From IMG/VR virus record IMGVR_UViG_3300037474_000239: a stretch of 42,307 nt of DNA, one strand, 5' to 3'. Source of the stretch: a virus. Numbering within the stretch: position 1 is the first letter of the stretch; every line of letters starts with the position of its first letter. Under the pieces are notes generated by a model. The model did no database searches and was not told the origin of the DNA. It was given only the letters and a program-made list of their open reading frames with translations. Shown piece after piece: positions 15,959 through 23,593 of this stretch. The position numbers were made by a program, and so were the translations under genes.

Positions 15959-16311
15959 GCTGCGGAACCGTCCCAAACTGCGCCGCCATCATCGGCGCCG
16001 GTCGCTGCCAGGGGGACTGTTGCGGACCTGTCCCGTTCCCAAGATCGGAATGGGCCGAACTGCGCTTTCGGGCGGTCCGCCCCGTTCTCAAGGTCCTGGA
16101 AGACAACCCGCACCCCGGACTTGTCCTCCCGCTTGGCCCGGGCGCCAACTGCGTCTTCCTCACCAACGACTGGCGATGCGCCATCTATGACCGGCGGCCC
16201 CACGTGTGCCGGATCTTCGGCGACTCTCGGGAGAAATCACCTTTCCTGTGCTGCCCACACGCCCAGAGCCCAGCTGATCGTGTCCCGGCCCAAGGAGGCG
16301 GTGTTTCGTGA
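15955..16311 (+). CDS. YkgJ/UPF0153-like CxxCxxCC zinc/iron-chelating domain protein (118 aa).
   Basis: GRCQGDCCGPVP ... NCVFLTNDWRCAIYDRRPHVCRIFG. GTGA overlap. Confidence 0.6.
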   Translation: MSCGTVPNCAAIIGAGRCQGDCCGPVPFPRSEWAELRFRAVRPVLKVLEDNPHPGLVLPLGPGANCVFLTNDWRCAIYDRRPHVCRIFGDSREKSPFLCCPHAQSPADRVPAQGGGVS

Positions 16312-16324
16312 GCCTCGCACCCAT
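16303..16324 (+). repeat. Copy A of the 22-nt dispersed motif: GTTTCGTGAGCCTCGCACCCAT.
   Basis: The exact 14-nt core TGAGCCTCGCACCC is shared with the copies at 23553, 36640 and 41521. Confidence 0.9.
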
Positions 16325-16352
16325 TGCAGAAGTCCATCAGAGAGGAGGATTC

Positions 16353-16637
16353 ATGGAAACGTCAGGGAAAGAAGACGCTGTCATAGGCGCCAAATCGGAA
16401 CGATCGTCCGACCGGGTGTTGAGGGAGAAGACATGGTCCGAGCGCGGCCTTGAGGAAAAGGTCGAGTTGCTGCGGGGGGCTATCTGCTCTCTTTCCCGGG
16501 AGGTCGACTCCGAAGGCCGCCGTGTCAACGCCCTCACCAAGCACGTCCATGTTGACGGGAAGATCCATGTTCCGTACGCCGACGGCGTCGAGAGGCCGGA
16601 GGCATCGCTCCCGTACTGGGCCTGGCAGCTCAAGTAG
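16353..16637 (+). CDS. Hypothetical protein (94 aa, METSGKEDAV...).
   Basis: AGAGGAGGA RBS 5 nt upstream of ATG 16353. Confidence 0.6.
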   Translation: METSGKEDAVIGAKSERSSDRVLREKTWSERGLEEKVELLRGAICSLSREVDSEGRRVNALTKHVHVDGKIHVPYADGVERPEASLPYWAWQLK

Positions 16638-16645
16638 AGCCAAGA

Positions 16646-16671
16646 CCTGGGGAGCCCGGCATCGCCCCAGG
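16646..16671 (+). terminator. Hairpin CCTGGGG-N12-CCCCAGG after the gene; weak CTCTTTC tract.
   Basis: Read directly 9 nt after the stop at 16637. Confidence 0.35.
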
Positions 16672-17020
16672 CACTCTTTCGCGCGGGTCACGTCGCGCAC
16701 AGCGGCACAAATAGCGTGGCTGAGGGATCAAGGCCCACCGAGACCGCAAAACGGGCCGAGTCCAACTAGACCCCCGCTGGGCGGCCGCGGGGGCTCCGAT
16801 TCGCCCAGGCTCAAGGCCCGGCACCGAAGAGGAGCCCCCCCGAACGCCCAGGGCGTCGGCAGGCGACGTGCCTTCGCCAGGGGATGAACGTGAGCGTCGG
16901 GGCAGCCCGGCTTCGAGCAGCATGGCTCCAATGTTGGCAGGAAGGCTTCCACCGGGTTCAGGGGGGCGTCAGAGGCGGCAGGCAATGCATACGGTTAATA
17001 CTGCGATTCGCATACACCGA

Positions 17021-17089
17021 TAGGGGACATGAAAGGGGACATTTTTCCGAGTTTTCCGTCTGAGAAATAGGGGACATGAAAGGGGACAT
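17021..17089. promoter_or_regulatory. Two perfect 22-bp direct repeats TAGGGGACATGAAAGGGGACAT (17021-17042 and 17068-17089). This gives four GGGGACAT boxes, 11 bp apart within each pair. Putative operator or iteron array.
   Basis: Read directly. Lower-GC gap that also contains TTTTCCG x2 and GCATAC x2. Immediately upstream of the HTH gene at 17119. Confidence 0.7.
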
Positions 17090-17118
17090 CACGTTTGGAG
17101 CCACGGACGGATCTCAAC

Positions 17119-17268
17119 ATGCAGGAAGCGGCCAGGAAGTTGAGGATGAGCTACAGGCACGTGAAGCGTTTGGTTTCTTCCGGTCGGATTCAGGTCCGCA
17201 GGCGTGGCCGGGAAAAGATGATCTCGATGAAGGAGCTTTTGAGGTTCATGGGAGGAGGCTCACGATGA
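17119..17268 (+). CDS. Excisionase/MerR-type HTH DNA-binding protein (49 aa), Xis- or Cro-like. Not in the ORF track because it is under 60 aa.
   Basis: Hand translation: MQEAARKLRMSYRHVKRLVSSGRIQVRRRGREKMISMKELLRFMGGGSR. This is the typical excisionase-family HTH pattern (AA..L..S...V..L...G.I....G++..I...EL..F). ATGA coupling to the next gene. Confidence 0.65.
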   Translation: MQEAARKLRMSYRHVKRLVSSGRIQVRRRGREKMISMKELLRFMGGGSR

Positions 17269-17660
17269 CAGACGGGGAAGACGAGAAGACCGAGGCTGGG
17301 GAGACGCTGGCGGCGATGGGCCGGCAGATGGCCGAAGTGGCTGCGGACCTGCCGCGGCGGTGGGAAGCGGTGAAGGCGGAGACGCTGGCCCAGGTGTCGG
17401 CGAAGCTGGACGATCTGAGGCGGACCAGGCAGTGGGACATGCCGCCGATGGCCGAGACCAGCGACGTGCAGAGCATCGTGCGGATGGAGACCTACTTCAT
17501 CGGCCGGGCCGCCGAGATGGTGCTGACGGCGGTCAGCCTCGCCTTCAACCGCGGCGCCGGGTCATTGGCCGGGGAGGCCAAGCAAGGCGAGCAGAGTCCT
17601 GCCAACGGTGAGTGCCATCGGCCCCCGGCCACACCGGAGAACCTCGGGGAGAGCCTATGA
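17265..17660 (+). CDS. Hypothetical protein (131 aa).
   Basis: GGAGGAGG RBS. The ATG at 17265 lies inside ORF 17076..17660. Confidence 0.55.
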   Translation: MTDGEDEKTEAGETLAAMGRQMAEVAADLPRRWEAVKAETLAQVSAKLDDLRRTRQWDMPPMAETSDVQSIVRMETYFIGRAAEMVLTAVSLAFNRGAGSLAGEAKQGEQSPANGECHRPPATPENLGESL

Positions 17661-17851
17661 CAGCCCTTGTGGCCTCCGTGGGACTCGGCTTCATCCTCAA
17701 GACCGTCGCTATGGCCGCGGGCGTCTTTGCGGCCACATTCGGTCTTCTGATGCTGTGGGGGCTGTGCCGGGTGGCGGGGAAGCCCATGCCCAGGCCGGAC
17801 CAGGATCCGGGGGACCGGGGTCCGGCGGTGGTCAACGTGAGAAAGGTCTGA
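17657..17851 (+). CDS. Small membrane protein (64 aa, 2 predicted TM segments).
   Basis: MTALVASVGLGFILKTVAMAAGVFAATFGLLMLWGLC. ATGA overlap. Confidence 0.5.
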   Translation: MTALVASVGLGFILKTVAMAAGVFAATFGLLMLWGLCRVAGKPMPRPDQDPGDRGPAVVNVRKV

Positions 17852-18039
17852 TGTTCCGCATCGTTCGGGCCGTATTCCTCTACCCTGCGATCCTTGTCTC
17901 CGCGCCGGTGATCGTCATCCTACTCCCGCTTCTGGACGCCGGCGGGTGGCACGACTTCAGGGCCCATGCGGTCTCGAATGCCCTGGACCTGTGGGATCTC
18001 GCGATCCATCGGCACGACAATCTTTCCCGCTGGCCATGA
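17851..18039 (+). CDS. Small membrane protein (62 aa).
   Basis: MFRIVRAVFLYPAILVSAPVIVILLPLL. TGATG overlap. Confidence 0.45.
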   Translation: MFRIVRAVFLYPAILVSAPVIVILLPLLDAGGWHDFRAHAVSNALDLWDLAIHRHDNLSRWP

Positions 18040-18470
18040 GCTTCTGGCAGGCGCGCACCAAGATCGACGCGGCGGACCGTCTCTTCTCCCAGTTCATCCG
18101 GGAGAGGGACGGGAACCGCTGCCAGAGTTGCGGGGCGGACGGAAGGCTGACACAGCTCGAGTGCTCCCACTTCTTCGGGCGGCGGATGGAGTCTGTGCGG
18201 TTCGACCAGGAGAACGCGGACGCGTTCTGTAGAACGTGCCACCAGATATTTGAGCCGCAGAAGGGGTTCGTACGGTCAGGAGTTGCGGGTACTCCAGACG
18301 CTCCAGCGCCCTACCGCGCATGGAAGATGGCCCATCTCGGGGCCAAGCGGTTCGCGGCGCTAGAAGTCAGGGCCCACACCACGGCAAAGAAGGACCGGAA
18401 GATGATGCTGCTCTACGTGAAGTCTCTCATCGCAGAGCTCCGGAAGACACGGCCAGGGGTGGTCGGGTGA
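18036..18470 (+). CDS. NinG/Rap-like recombination endonuclease (144 aa).
   Basis: DRLFSQFIRERDGNRCQSCGADG..LECSHFFGRRMESVRFDQENADAFCRTCH resembles the lambda NinG zinc/HNH-like core. ATGA overlap. Confidence 0.6.
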   Translation: MSFWQARTKIDAADRLFSQFIRERDGNRCQSCGADGRLTQLECSHFFGRRMESVRFDQENADAFCRTCHQIFEPQKGFVRSGVAGTPDAPAPYRAWKMAHLGAKRFAALEVRAHTTAKKDRKMMLLYVKSLIAELRKTRPGVVG

Positions 18471-18652
18471 GCGAGACCGCGGGCGTAGAAGTGCGCTACG
18501 ACGAGAGAGGCTGGCCCATGGTGGATTGCCCTTCAGGTCTTCCAGGTCATCGGATGTGGTGGATTGGTTCGGTGTTCTTCGTCTGCGACGTCTGCAAGCC
18601 GGCGCCGAAGGGAAAGGGGAACATCTTCGGGCTGCAGATGGAGGCGGAATGA
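18467..18652 (+). CDS. Small hypothetical protein (61 aa).
   Basis: GTGA overlap at 18467. Confidence 0.4.
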   Translation: MSETAGVEVRYDERGWPMVDCPSGLPGHRMWWIGSVFFVCDVCKPAPKGKGNIFGLQMEAE

Positions 18653-18810
18653 CCGAGGAAACCACGCTGCCAGCCCCATGCCCCAAGTGCGGCGCCACCG
18701 CTGACGGCCGCCCCACCCGGCGGGAGCTGGTGAGCAAGGACGAAGGCTTTGAGCTGCAGGCCTGCGACTGCGCGGGCAAGGATCAGATCTTCAAAAGGAG
18801 ACCCCAATGA
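18649..18810 (+). CDS. Small zinc-ribbon-like protein (53 aa).
   Basis: ATGA overlap. CPKCG ... CDC. Confidence 0.4.
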   Translation: MTEETTLPAPCPKCGATADGRPTRRELVSKDEGFELQACDCAGKDQIFKRRPQ

Positions 18811-20330
18811 CCAAGACACAGGAGAAACGGGACGCCGCCGCCGAGGCCCTGCCCAGCATCGAAGTCCCAATCAACGCGGTGCGCGTGCTCGAGCAGCACC
18901 GGCGCCACTTCGACGAGAAGAAGATCAAGGAACTGGCCGGCAGCATCGCCAAGGCGGGCGTGCTGCAGCCCCTCCTCATGCGCCAGGACCCAGAGGATCC
19001 GGCGCTCTACATCCTGGTCGCCGGCGAGCGCCGGCTCCGGGCGGCCAAGTTGGCCGGGCGCGAGACCGTGCCGGCCCGGGTCGGCGCGTGGACGGAGGAG
19101 GAGGCGGCGGAGATCCAGGCCTTCGAGAACCTGCACCGGGCGGACCTCACCCCCGTGGAAGAGGCGCGGGCCTTCAAGACCCTCAAGGACGTCGGCGGCC
19201 ACGACGTGGAGGCCTTGGCCGAACGCGTGGACAAGAGCGTCGCCTACGTCTACCGCGCCCTGGCACTCCTGGAGCTCCCCGCGGCGATCCTCAAGGAGAT
19301 CGAGGTCTGGGAGCTGACGCCGGCGCACGGCCACCAGCTCATGCGCTGCCCGCCCGAGGACCGCCTGGGCGTCTACAAGGAATGGCGCGACGACTGGGAC
19401 AGCAAGGACAAGGGCTTCACGGCTCTGTCCCTACGGGAGTTCGTCGACCAGCGCCAGGGTCAGGACCTGACCAAAGCCATCTTCCCCAAGGACAAGCCCT
19501 ACGCCGGCCAGGTCGCCTGCGCCGGCTGCGCCTTCAACAGCGGCAACCAGGGCCAGCTCTTCGACGGCGCCGAGAAGGGCAAGTGCCTCAACACCTCCTG
19601 CTTCAAGACCAAGACCGACGCCTTCCGCCAGGACGTGGCCGAAAAGGCCGCGAAGGCCTTCCCCGGCGTCAAGTCCGCCGGCGTCGTGGACCGCGACTAC
19701 AGCGGCCTCCCGAAGACGAATGGCGTCGTCATCCAGGCCAAGGACGCCGACACGAAGAAGTTGAGGGCCCTCGTGGAGGAGTCCCCGGAGAAGTTCTCCC
19801 TGGTCGTGGCCAAGGAGTCGACGTGGGGCGAGAAGAAGGCGCCGGAGGCCTTCCTGGTCTGCAAGGACAGGGCGCTCCTGGAGAAGGCCGGAGTGGTCAA
19901 GCCCGAGCCCAAGGCACCGGCGGCGGCCCGGCAGTCCCAGGAGGACGTCTTCGTGGACCAGGCGGTGGACCAGGCCGTCTGGGCGCTGGCGGCCAGGTCC
20001 GCGGGTAAGGTCGGGGACAAGAGGATGCTCGAGAAGATCGTGGAGTCCTTCATCGACATGACCGGCCAGGTGGACGGGGCGGAGGTGTTCGAGGCCCTGG
20101 GCGTGCCGGTCCCGGAGTCCAGGAACGACTGGGAGGCGCTCAGCGCCAAGCAGCTCCTGGCTGCGGCCTGGTTGTTCAGCTTCGACTGCGGAACCGGCAA
20201 CCTGGAAGAGGCCCTCAAGAAGGCCGGGGTCGACGTCGCCAAGGAGAAGAAGCGGGCCAAGGAGGCCGCGAAAGGCGAGTGGGCGCTGCGCGAGGCGGGG
20301 AAGAAGGCCGAGAAGGGGCACACGTCATGA
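18807..20330 (+). CDS. ParB/Spo0J-like N-terminal-domain protein with a long C-terminal extension (507 aa).
   Basis: GVLQPLLMRQ...YILVAGERRLRAAKLAG (GERR box). HTH region DVEALAERVDKSVAYVYRALALLELP. AAGGAG RBS. Confidence 0.85.
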   Translation: MTKTQEKRDAAAEALPSIEVPINAVRVLEQHRRHFDEKKIKELAGSIAKAGVLQPLLMRQDPEDPALYILVAGERRLRAAKLAGRETVPARVGAWTEEEAAEIQAFENLHRADLTPVEEARAFKTLKDVGGHDVEALAERVDKSVAYVYRALALLELPAAILKEIEVWELTPAHGHQLMRCPPEDRLGVYKEWRDDWDSKDKGFTALSLREFVDQRQGQDLTKAIFPKDKPYAGQVACAGCAFNSGNQGQLFDGAEKGKCLNTSCFKTKTDAFRQDVAEKAAKAFPGVKSAGVVDRDYSGLPKTNGVVIQAKDADTKKLRALVEESPEKFSLVVAKESTWGEKKAPEAFLVCKDRALLEKAGVVKPEPKAPAAARQSQEDVFVDQAVDQAVWALAARSAGKVGDKRMLEKIVESFIDMTGQVDGAEVFEALGVPVPESRNDWEALSAKQLLAAAWLFSFDCGTGNLEEALKKAGVDVAKEKKRAKEAAKGEWALREAGKKAEKGHTS

Positions 20331-20935
20331 CCGCCGCCGTCCTCTTCGCGGACACTGAGACCACGGGCCTCCCCAAGGACTACAAGGCTTCGGTCACGGA
20401 CGTCGCCAACTGGCCGCGAATGGTCCAGCTGGCCTGGCTGGTCCAGGGCATGGGAGGGAGCACCACGTTCAAGAAGCGCTCCCTCATCATCAAGCCGGAG
20501 GGGTTCGTGATCCCGGCCGAGGCCTCCGCCATCCACGGCATCACCCAGGAGCGCGCCATGGATGAGGGCGTGAACCTGGCCGACGCCATGGAGGAGTTCG
20601 ACGCCGACCTGGTCGCCCTCCCCCTGGCCGTCTGCCACAACGCGCCCTTCGACCGCGCCATCACCGGCGCCGAGCGGGTCCGCCTCGGCCGGCCCTGGGG
20701 CTTCACTACGGCCTTCAAGTGCACGATGGCCGAGGGCACGAACATGTGCCGGCTCCCGGGCCCGCGAGGCTTCAAGTGGCCGACCCTCCAGGAGCTCTAC
20801 ACCTTCCTCTTCGGGAAGGGCTTCGAGGGCGCCCACGACGCTCTGGTGGACGTGGAGGCCTGCGCCCGGTGCTACTGGGAGATCCAGCGCCGGAAGAACG
20901 CGGATCCCCGCGGGGTCGCGGCGGTGCCGGCGTGA
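20327..20935 (+). CDS. DnaQ-like DEDDh 3'-5' exonuclease (202 aa).
   Basis: FADTETTGL (ExoI), CHNAPFDRA (ExoII), GAHDALVDVEA (ExoIII). Confidence 0.85.
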   Translation: MTAAVLFADTETTGLPKDYKASVTDVANWPRMVQLAWLVQGMGGSTTFKKRSLIIKPEGFVIPAEASAIHGITQERAMDEGVNLADAMEEFDADLVALPLAVCHNAPFDRAITGAERVRLGRPWGFTTAFKCTMAEGTNMCRLPGPRGFKWPTLQELYTFLFGKGFEGAHDALVDVEACARCYWEIQRRKNADPRGVAAVPA

Positions 20936-21324
20936 GCCGCCCGATAAAGTTCCGGGCATGGGACAAGGAGCGCAGGGAATATCTCTCTGGCGGCCACGTC
21001 CTGCTCTCCATTCCGCAGGGCCGGGGAGAGCGGGAAACCGGCGTCTTCCTGGACCTCTTTGATCGCCGGGGTGCCGGCTATCGGGACCGCTTCGACATCG
21101 AACAGTTCACCGGCCTCCACGACAAGAACGGGCGGGAGATATGGGAGGGCGACGTCCTGCAGTTGGACGACACCGTGAGCCCAATGTTTCGGCGGTTCGT
21201 CGAATTCGACCGAGGCTCTTTCGGCTACCGAGATAGAGTCGGCGATTGGGTTCTGCTGATGCACTGTTCACGGGACTTCCTTGTGATCGGAAACATCCAC
21301 GAGCAAACGGAGCTTCTGAAATGA
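20932..21324 (+). CDS. YopX-family protein (130 aa).
   Basis: IKFRAWDKERREY...EQFTGLHDKNGREIWEGDVL...VIGNIHEQTELL. Confidence 0.8.
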   Translation: MSRPIKFRAWDKERREYLSGGHVLLSIPQGRGERETGVFLDLFDRRGAGYRDRFDIEQFTGLHDKNGREIWEGDVLQLDDTVSPMFRRFVEFDRGSFGYRDRVGDWVLLMHCSRDFLVIGNIHEQTELLK

Positions 21325-21560
21325 GGCCCATCCTCCCCTTCGCCCTCCTCCTCTGCTCCTGCGTCCAGCCCCACCGCGCCACCCGGGAGCTGGAGGCACA
21401 GGGGTTCACGGGCGTGACCATCACAGGCCGGGGCCACTGCGAAGAGAACGAGGACTTCGGCGCCGCCTTCGAGGCCCAGCGGGACGGGGAGCGGTTCGCC
21501 GGGAGCGTGTGCCATGAGCCGTTTGGAGCGGACGTGGTGAGATTCAGGAGGCGGCAGTGA
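21321..21560 (+). CDS. Small putative lipoprotein or secreted protein (79 aa).
   Basis: MRPILPFALLLCS|C, an atypical lipobox. ATGA overlap. Confidence 0.4.
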   Translation: MRPILPFALLLCSCVQPHRATRELEAQGFTGVTITGRGHCEENEDFGAAFEAQRDGERFAGSVCHEPFGADVVRFRRRQ

Positions 21561-22267
21561 AAGAGAGGCCGATACTCTTCAGCGGGGAGATGGTGCGGAA
21601 GATCATGACCTGCGCCAAGTGCGGGGCCGTCAGCGCCGCTTTTCCCTGCGCCTGCGGAAGCGTCGACTTCGTGAAGACGGTTACGCGGCGGGTGGTGAAG
21701 CCGCAGCCCGGGCCGTCCGCCTCTCTCTCCTGGGACGGGGGCAAAGATCACTGGTATGCCGACGGACTGATCGTTGACTGCAAGATGGGTCCGTGGCGTT
21801 GCCCCTTCGGCCGTCCCGGGGACAGGCTGTGGGTTCGCGAGGGCTACACCATCCGCCAGTGGGTGGAGGAGCTGGGGGTCGCCCGGCTTCTCGGCACATA
21901 CGACGCCGATGGAAAGACCTTCGACATCCATCTGACGCGGGCCGAGTCCAAGCTGTTCCTCCGGTGGAAGCGCAAGACCGGGAGGAAGGGCTCCATCTAT
22001 ATGTTCCGGTCCCTCTCACGGATCAATCTCGATCAGGCGGGCGTCAGGGTGGAGAGGGTGAGGGAGATCGAGCATGAGGGTGCTATAGCTGAGGGCTGCA
22101 GCGGCGCCCACTGGAAGGTGAGTCAGAGCGAAGGAAAGACAATTTATCCGGTGGATGAGTTCCGCGTCCTCTGGGACTCCATCAACGACAAGAATGACAT
22201 GTCGTGGAAAACGTCGTGGGAAGCTAACCCCTGGGTCTGGGTCATCGAGTTCAGGAGGGTCAAGTGA
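21557..22267 (+). CDS. ASCH-like conserved phage protein (236 aa).
   Basis: RPILFSGEMVRKI..KTVTRR..PGDRLWVREGY...VRVERVREIEHEGAIAEG...FRVLWDSIN...NPWVWVIEF. This pattern is widespread in prophages. Confidence 0.6.
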   Translation: MKERPILFSGEMVRKIMTCAKCGAVSAAFPCACGSVDFVKTVTRRVVKPQPGPSASLSWDGGKDHWYADGLIVDCKMGPWRCPFGRPGDRLWVREGYTIRQWVEELGVARLLGTYDADGKTFDIHLTRAESKLFLRWKRKTGRKGSIYMFRSLSRINLDQAGVRVERVREIEHEGAIAEGCSGAHWKVSQSEGKTIYPVDEFRVLWDSINDKNDMSWKTSWEANPWVWVIEFRRVK

Positions 22268-22548
22268 CCCCGCCTCCGGATGGGAAGCTGGCAACGACCA
22301 GAGTTGTCAACCACATGCGGAGGGTATTCGTTGGCGAGATGGAACTGCCGATTGACCCCATGTGGGCGAAAGAGGCCACGGACGATATCAACGTCGCCGC
22401 CGACGCCTGGAGGGACAGGGCGGTGGAGGAGGAGAGGGAGGCCATAGCGAAGCACATTGAAGACCATTACTGGGATTCATGCGGTGAGGCGGGAGAAGCG
22501 CACGGGAAGGCCCTTGCCGCCGCCATCCGGGCCAGGAGTTCCAAATGA
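22264..22548 (+). CDS. Hypothetical protein (94 aa).
   Basis: GTGA overlap. Confidence 0.5.
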   Translation: MTPPPDGKLATTRVVNHMRRVFVGEMELPIDPMWAKEATDDINVAADAWRDRAVEEEREAIAKHIEDHYWDSCGEAGEAHGKALAAAIRARSSK

Positions 22549-22889
22549 CCGACCAGGGGCAGTGGGGATTTGCAGAAGTCAACGGGAGGATATTTCTTCC
22601 TGATGGAACGTCATTTAATCCACGGCTGTTGCGGTTGGATGTTATGTGTTCGGTCCTCAACTCCGCCTTCGCCGCCAGGACGGAGGAGTTGAGGAAGGAG
22701 ATTGCCGCGGAAAAGGAGAAGGTTCGCCAGTGGGAGGAGTCGTTCAAGGCCCTGGGCGCTCAGGCTCGGGTCTGGGCGGAGGGTGCTGGGCAGGCCGTGG
22801 AGTTGAGAAACGCCCTGGACGACATGCAGGACAAGCTGAATGGCGAGAGGCATGAAGGAACGCGAAGCCCTCAAGGCGCGGGTCGATAA
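22545..22889 (+). CDS. Hypothetical coiled-coil protein (114 aa).
   Basis: CAGGAG RBS. ATGA overlap. Confidence 0.5.
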   Translation: MTDQGQWGFAEVNGRIFLPDGTSFNPRLLRLDVMCSVLNSAFAARTEELRKEIAAEKEKVRQWEESFKALGAQARVWAEGAGQAVELRNALDDMQDKLNGERHEGTRSPQGAGR

Positions 22890-23025
22890 GCTGTCCGAAT
22901 ATCTCTGCCTCGAACATGACTGCTCCGCCTGCCCTGGATGTGTGGATGATCTGAGGAGGGCACAGGCGCGGGTCGCGGAGTTGGAGGAGAAACTGATGAA
23001 GGCACTGGAGGGGTCTCATGGCTGA
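22840..23025 (+). CDS. Hypothetical coiled-coil/CxxC protein (61 aa; alternative ATG at 22852).
   Basis: ORF track. Overlaps the upstream gene by 38-50 nt. Confidence 0.4.
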   Translation: MARGMKEREALKARVDKLSEYLCLEHDCSACPGCVDDLRRAQARVAELEEKLMKALEGSHG

Positions 23026-23161
23026 GGAACTGGCGAAGGTGGAAGTTATGGATGGGTGGGCCAAGGTCTACCTCGGGGAAAAGCGGATATTTGATTCGGT
23101 CGCCATCACCGCGTCGGACCTGGTAGAGGGGTGGGGTGGGCATGAGGCCAGTCTACCATGA
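23018..23161 (+). CDS. Small hypothetical protein (47 aa). Not in the ORF track.
   Basis: Hand translation: MAEELAKVEVMDGWAKVYLGEKRIFDSVAITASDLVEGWGGHEASLP. Coupled on both sides. Confidence 0.35.
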   Translation: MAEELAKVEVMDGWAKVYLGEKRIFDSVAITASDLVEGWGGHEASLP

Positions 23162-23322
23162 GGGCCCACCGCCGCCTCGAGCGGACCTGCCCCCCCCCAT
23201 GCGGCCGGGCCTTCCAGGCCAGGGCAGCGGACGTCGCCCGCGGGCGCGGCGTCTACTGCTCCAGAGCCTGCGCGGCCCGGGCCGGCCGAGCCCGGCGGCC
23301 GGGTAGGGCGGCGCTGCCGTGA
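23158..23322 (+). CDS. Small zinc-ribbon protein (54 aa). Not in the ORF track.
   Basis: Hand translation: MRAHRRLERTCPPPCGRAFQARAADVARGRGVYCSRACAARAGRARRPGRAALP. The C..CG..F....RGRG.YCS..C pattern is common in small phage proteins. ATGA and GTGA couplings. Confidence 0.45.
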   Translation: MRAHRRLERTCPPPCGRAFQARAADVARGRGVYCSRACAARAGRARRPGRAALP

Positions 23323-23534
23323 TCCGCCATCTGCTCGAGTTCTGGGGGTGGTGCTACCTGCTCGGCTTTTATTTCAGCATGGGGTGGTGCTTCGGAATCG
23401 CGGAAGAGGAAATCCAGAGCGGGGCGGTGCCCCCTCATGTTGCCGTTGTCGGCGCCGTTCTTGTGTCCGCGATGTGGCCGGTCAAGCTGCTGTGGGACAC
23501 GTTCAGACCGGCCAGGCCTCCAGAAGACGAGTAA
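23319..23534 (+). CDS. Small membrane protein (71 aa); last gene of the rightward block.
   Basis: LLEFWGWCYLLGFYFSMGWCFGI and VAVVGAVLVSAMWPV look like TM segments. Confidence 0.5.
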   Translation: MIRHLLEFWGWCYLLGFYFSMGWCFGIAEEEIQSGAVPPHVAVVGAVLVSAMWPVKLLWDTFRPARPPEDE

Positions 23535-23552
23535 GCCAGGCAGGACGGGCCG

Positions 23553-23574
23553 GTTTTGTGAGCCTCGCACCCAT
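23553..23574 (+). repeat. Copy B of the 22-nt dispersed motif: GTTTTGTGAGCCTCGCACCCAT.
   Basis: Lies in the convergent gap between the two gene blocks. Confidence 0.9.
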
Positions 23575-23593
23575 TCCAGCAGGCGAGCCAACG

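Noticed and set aside
16728-16985. Minus-strand ORF (85 aa, TTG start) as a divergent CI-like repressor facing the GGGGACAT operators.
   Set aside because: The translation is Pro/Gly/Cys-rich with no HTH. GC3 is only moderate, and there is no ATG or clear RBS. Kept as part of the noncoding-region finding instead.
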